Positions 61,401-64,000 of a DNA stretch of 64,000 nt are shown here, one piece after another. The DNA comes from a virus: IMG/VR virus record IMGVR_UViG_3300005253_000946. One strand, written 5' to 3'. Within the stretch, counting starts at the first letter, position 1. Each line of letters opens with the position of its first letter. Position numbers and translations under genes: made by a program. The notes under the pieces were generated by a model. That model saw only the letters and a program-made list of their open reading frames with translations, ran no database searches and was not told the DNA's origin.

Positions 61401-62226
61401 AGCGGCTGCACCTTTATTATCGGTAATAACGGATAGTTTCAGTCTCGACAAAGTTGCTGGATGGGGGGCGAGGAACTATGGTAATTTACGAGCATCTTTC
61501 GAAAAGCTTGCTGGAGTTGGTGGTGAGGGGTATGGATCCCTAGCTCAATTAAATATCGGCTCGATACAAGCAGGGTTAGAAAAGATAATTCCCGACGTTT
61601 CGGAAGAGACACGAGGAGATGTGTCGGAGTTTTACGCAGGCGTTAAAGATGTTCTAGGCGGTAGAGGTTTAGAACAGTTTAGGAAAGTTGCAGGGGCGGG
61701 CGGTAAACTTTCTGCAGGGGAACTTGAAGAATTAAGTGGCGAAGGAGGTATGATAGCTGACGTGTCTATTGTGACTAAGGTATACAGAGAACTGATGAAG
61801 GAAAAGCCTGATCTATCAGGAATTTTAGCGATGATTGAAAGCAGTGGTCTGCCGGAGGCCAAGAAAGCAGAGTTAAAGAAAGTAGTTACCAAAATCCTTG
61901 CAGAAGGTTCAGCAGGCGGGGTCGGTGTAACGAGAAAGGGAGCTAAAGGTAAGGCATCAGAAGAAGCTTTATTTGTCTCTACTGTAGGAGGTCTATACGG
62001 ATTAACTGGTGACGAGATAAAAGTTGGTCCTGGTGGAGGTATTTCTGGTGGAGTAGCTGGCTCCGGAGTCCAAGCGAGGCCTTCAAAGGCAGAAGCTCTT
62101 GATGCAGCTGGACGTATAAAAGCCAAATTTGAAAACGCAGAATTTACAGGAACCGTAGAATTTAAAGGGCAAGGAACCCCTGGTGCGGTTGTGCTGCCTC
62201 CGGTCAATCCCGGAGAAGTCAGGTAG
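58420..62226 (+). CDS. tape-measure-like / large tail protein
   Basis: 1268 aa, Gly/Ala-rich, hydrophobic Gly-rich N-terminal block followed by helical repeats. Confidence 0.7.
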   Translation: MPLTSSQTASLINQQVGAFGQRDAYASSLSPGYGGGRGGGGGPSYNSYAGYDPFMSQPAGGVGAGGNFSPWQMPQSVQSFGGMRDPYMQFGGMGGAMSSLMGRNPMSIPFSNSQMRGAAGQYMGEQLGGAAVSAGAGAIGMGATVGMLAGGIGLGKLSAGLMQPGAGLASRAAGAAAGAGGGILNMGFGSVTSGAYGAAKGAALGRGMGMTAARGIGALAGGAAFMPQFAAGMALYQGVDYLTGNMAEGVRSERQAQDITRRYGNQMFGGAGIGGGAGGGATRSQMRQMGGLIRGMGAEDTQTSTDELMTVMEKMGQKDMFRMMGTSKNPEQFAKKFKDTLKTLKDVARATQTSLEEAVDIFDEITRMGFYRASDAAQFALNMQVSGNLTGMGMQGAGRLASRGAGAGGYATKAGGAKAALDIGTQLGTMEKLQYITPGDIEQVGGVEKFTALLQEAGSRALRTEESGGTGAAVMPAIAFMNKNGTVDRKAMNKFLNGGMSWSEVRDLATRKSVDFGRTFLAELGKNTKVFLDDVGGDLPLFLEKFSQGTGGQIAVGAGISKEAGVGKARATIYGPDMADTPAFRNIMDEFTPTNRQAVKTLQQQATVQVAKKAEMDRQEELYSIGGHLDKVLEKFATSIQNAAADIANAFQKKVVDPVTGALGGQTPVMSTQGMKTAFFAEQESYLAKMSLGGAGGDQVSRPSFGEGKYRVTDLSSYADIRRSAARLSAGDVSIREASFKGKESAFRGIFAANIGTEGMKDLMSDVEVGFGDVLTRALEARSGDAAGRETAAKITNTYQKTQFYKRVIETYNLEDLNRKESEGGLNLSLDSSDIDRLNEFKQELADQLGTNLPNLPHALRRATGGEPIEATVLRLMGKENRGELGINASEQAAGMRAAVDTSGLNAVGDVQEDLEDILGDKAVKGSKLSNVLYGDQQKTIAKLMAGAYKQAIGIGKSKGGRFTDPKGKAGVRAKLSALRSATKKELIKLVGHEAAAPLLSVITDSFSLDKVAGWGARNYGNLRASFEKLAGVGGEGYGSLAQLNIGSIQAGLEKIIPDVSEETRGDVSEFYAGVKDVLGGRGLEQFRKVAGAGGKLSAGELEELSGEGGMIADVSIVTKVYRELMKEKPDLSGILAMIESSGLPEAKKAELKKVVTKILAEGSAGGVGVTRKGAKGKASEEALFVSTVGGLYGLTGDEIKVGPGGGISGGVAGSGVQARPSKAEALDAAGRIKAKFENAEFTGTVEFKGQGTPGAVVLPPVNPGEVR

Positions 62227-62452
62227 TTATGGACCAAGTAGATTTTAATGTAGACGTAGACAGTAAGAAATCCGAGATGAAGATTCGGATTCAGGGTAAT
62301 ACTATTACCATGAGAGTATCAGATCGTGTTACTGTCGAGGATGCATTATCTGTTAAGATGAAAGCATATCTAGCCAAACGTGTCACAGGCGCTAAAGGTG
62401 ACCCACGTCCAACCGATAATAGAATAAAAGAATTTTTATTAGGTAGGTAATC

Positions 62453-64000
62453 ATGGTAGCTCCTTTAAGATTTTTAACTATAGAAGTCGACCCGTTCAGG
62501 GATCGGTTTGAAGAAGCTCGTAGAGCGACCAAGGCTGATCCTACTAAGTCTAAGTTTACCGCTCGTCCATTATATGTCCGTCGTCCTTTAACAGGTATAA
62601 CAATTAAAGAAGACACATTTGCATCTCTGTCGGTTTTTACTGACGAAGGTCCTATAATGATTTTGAACTCCTCATGGCCTAAACCTGAGAGTATACCCTC
62701 TACAGATCAGAGAGCTGAAAGATTTCTAGCTGATGAGTTACCTGAAGGATTATCGCAGCCAATAGAGCAAGCAGGAATTTTCTTTCCTGATTACCAGCTG
62801 GGACGTTCTAACTTTGGTGATTTTGGTGAGGACCGGGTAGCAGAGGCAGGATTTGATGACAAAGTTAGAGAAATAGCTGGTGGATTTAGATCCATCAAAT
62901 TAGGTGCTACTTCTGGTTGGGAATATCCTACTCAAGACAACCTTAATACAGGGTTTGGTTATGATAATGCTAACTTCCTGATCCAATCCGTACAAGAATC
63001 TAGAGTAGAACGGGCACAGATTATAGAGACATTTGGAGAATCTTTTGTATTCTTCTTCGACGAACGTCCTGTAGTGCTACAGATAGCTGGTGTACTTCTG
63101 AACTCTTACGATTTTGAGTGGGCGGCAGAATGGTTTGAGAACTATGAAAGGTATCTCAGAGGGACTAGATGTGTAGAGGCTGATGCTAGAGTGTATTTGG
63201 CTTACGATGACATAATCGTAGAGGGGTATATTATGAATACCCAATCTACGCGAGAGGTAAACATGCCTTATGCGGTACCGTTTAGTTTCTCGTTCTTTGT
63301 AACCAATTATTACAACTGGGGTTTTAGAGAGCCTCCAGGAAATATAAGTCCAAGAGATAAAGTACGTAATTTTGATATTGACTACTCACGTAGTCTGAAG
63401 GAAACAGTACTTAAAGCTTTACAATATGGAGACTTCGTTCTCAGGACTGGATTAGAAAGTTTAAATTCAGCTCTAGATTTTGTAATGTTTGCAGGCAATG
63501 CTGCTGGAGCTATAGCCAGTACAGGTGGTCAACTAGAATCTATACCTCCAGAAGAGAAAAGAAGGTATAACGAAATTTCGGGAAAATTTACAGTACCTGA
63601 CTACTATGAAAGAAAGGTAGAGTATCTGATTTATGATGGCGGCGTAATTGAGGATGATTTAGGAAAACTTTCCAGATGGATTGGTGACAACCTTATCGAT
63701 CCTATAGGGTGGTTCGGCAAACTAGCTGATGCGTATAGTGCCTTTGGTCCTTACGTAGCTAGATTGGCCAACCTTCTTTTAGCTATTAGATGGTTAGTTA
63801 AAGCGCATGAAGAAACACCGTTCTTTGAAAACAGCCTTAGTCTCAGTATTAACGATTTAGCTGATCTATTTCCTTGGGAACCTGAAGCTCCTCAGCCTAG
63901 ATACGGTTTAGAGGAGGAAGGAAGACGCCCAGTTGATTTACTTCAGCCTCCAACGTTATCATACGAATTTACACCCTCGTTTAGCGGAATCATAGTTAAT
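62453..64000 (+). CDS. structural (baseplate/tail-like) protein, truncated by the window end
   Basis: ATG at 62453 (MVAPLRFLTIEVDPF...); frame read open for the first ~260 codons and again in the last line (...YEFTPSFSGIIVN); missing from the ORF track, consistent with no stop before the window end. Confidence 0.65.
   Translation, partial: MVAPLRFLTIEVDPFRDRFEEARRATKADPTKSKFTARPLYVRRPLTGITIKEDTFASLSVFTDEGPIMILNSSWPKPESIPSTDQRAERFLADELPEGLSQPIEQAGIFFPDYQLGRSNFGDFGEDRVAEAGFDDKVREIAGGFRSIKLGATSGWEYPTQDNLNTGFGYDNANFLIQSVQESRVERAQIIETFGESFVFFFDERPVVLQIAGVLLNSYDFEWAAEWFENYERYLRGTRCVEADARVYLAYDDIIVEGYIMNTQSTREVNMPYAVPFSFSFFVTNYYNWGFREPPGNISPRDKVRNFDIDYSRSLKETVLKALQYGDFVLRTGLESLNSALDFVMFAGNAAGAIASTGGQLESIPPEEKRRYNEISGKFTVPDYYERKVEYLIYDGGVIEDDLGKLSRWIGDNLIDPIGWFGKLADAYSAFGPYVARLANLLLAIRWLVKAHEETPFFENSLSLSINDLADLFPWEPEAPQPRYGLEEEGRRPVDLLQPPTLSYEFTPSFSGIIVN

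Noticed and set aside
1-64000. Genome-wide TAG or TGA recoding; CRISPR array; rRNA; RNase P RNA
   Set aside because: Long ORFs are intact under the standard code and TAG/TGA end genes normally. No repeat-spacer arrays, rRNA signatures or GAGGAAAGTCC motif were seen.

Overview
This window is an internal segment of a large tailed bacteriophage genome (jumbo-phage-like, standard genetic code). Positions ~1-46.5 kb are mostly a minus-strand region of small accessory genes and nucleotide-metabolism genes (thyX, class II nrdJ, MazG-like and HD hydrolases). It also holds a dispersed cluster of 21 full-length tRNA genes, a tmRNA and several unexplained structured non-coding RNAs. From ~46.6 kb the plus strand carries lysis and virion genes (SLT, GH108 endolysin, a probable frameshifting tail-assembly chaperone, a tail-fibre-like protein, a tape-measure-like protein and a truncated structural ORF), interrupted by minus-strand islands that include tmk. 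The most notable observations are: (1) a complete phage-encoded ubiquitin-like conjugation operon (Ubl, E2-like, JAB, E1/ThiF, plus an unannotated small membrane ORF) at 42851-46487; (2) five endonuclease cassettes that each sit in or after a broken tRNA gene, with the recurring layout 5' half-tRNA scar, TTGAC promoter, endonuclease, replacement tRNA; (3) a probable amber-suppressor tRNA(CUA); (4) a bacterial-histone-like gene next to the tmRNA; (5) an A-AAA-AAC -1 frameshift site; (6) a repeated non-sigma70 promoter motif. All calls come from reading motifs by eye; no database searches were run.
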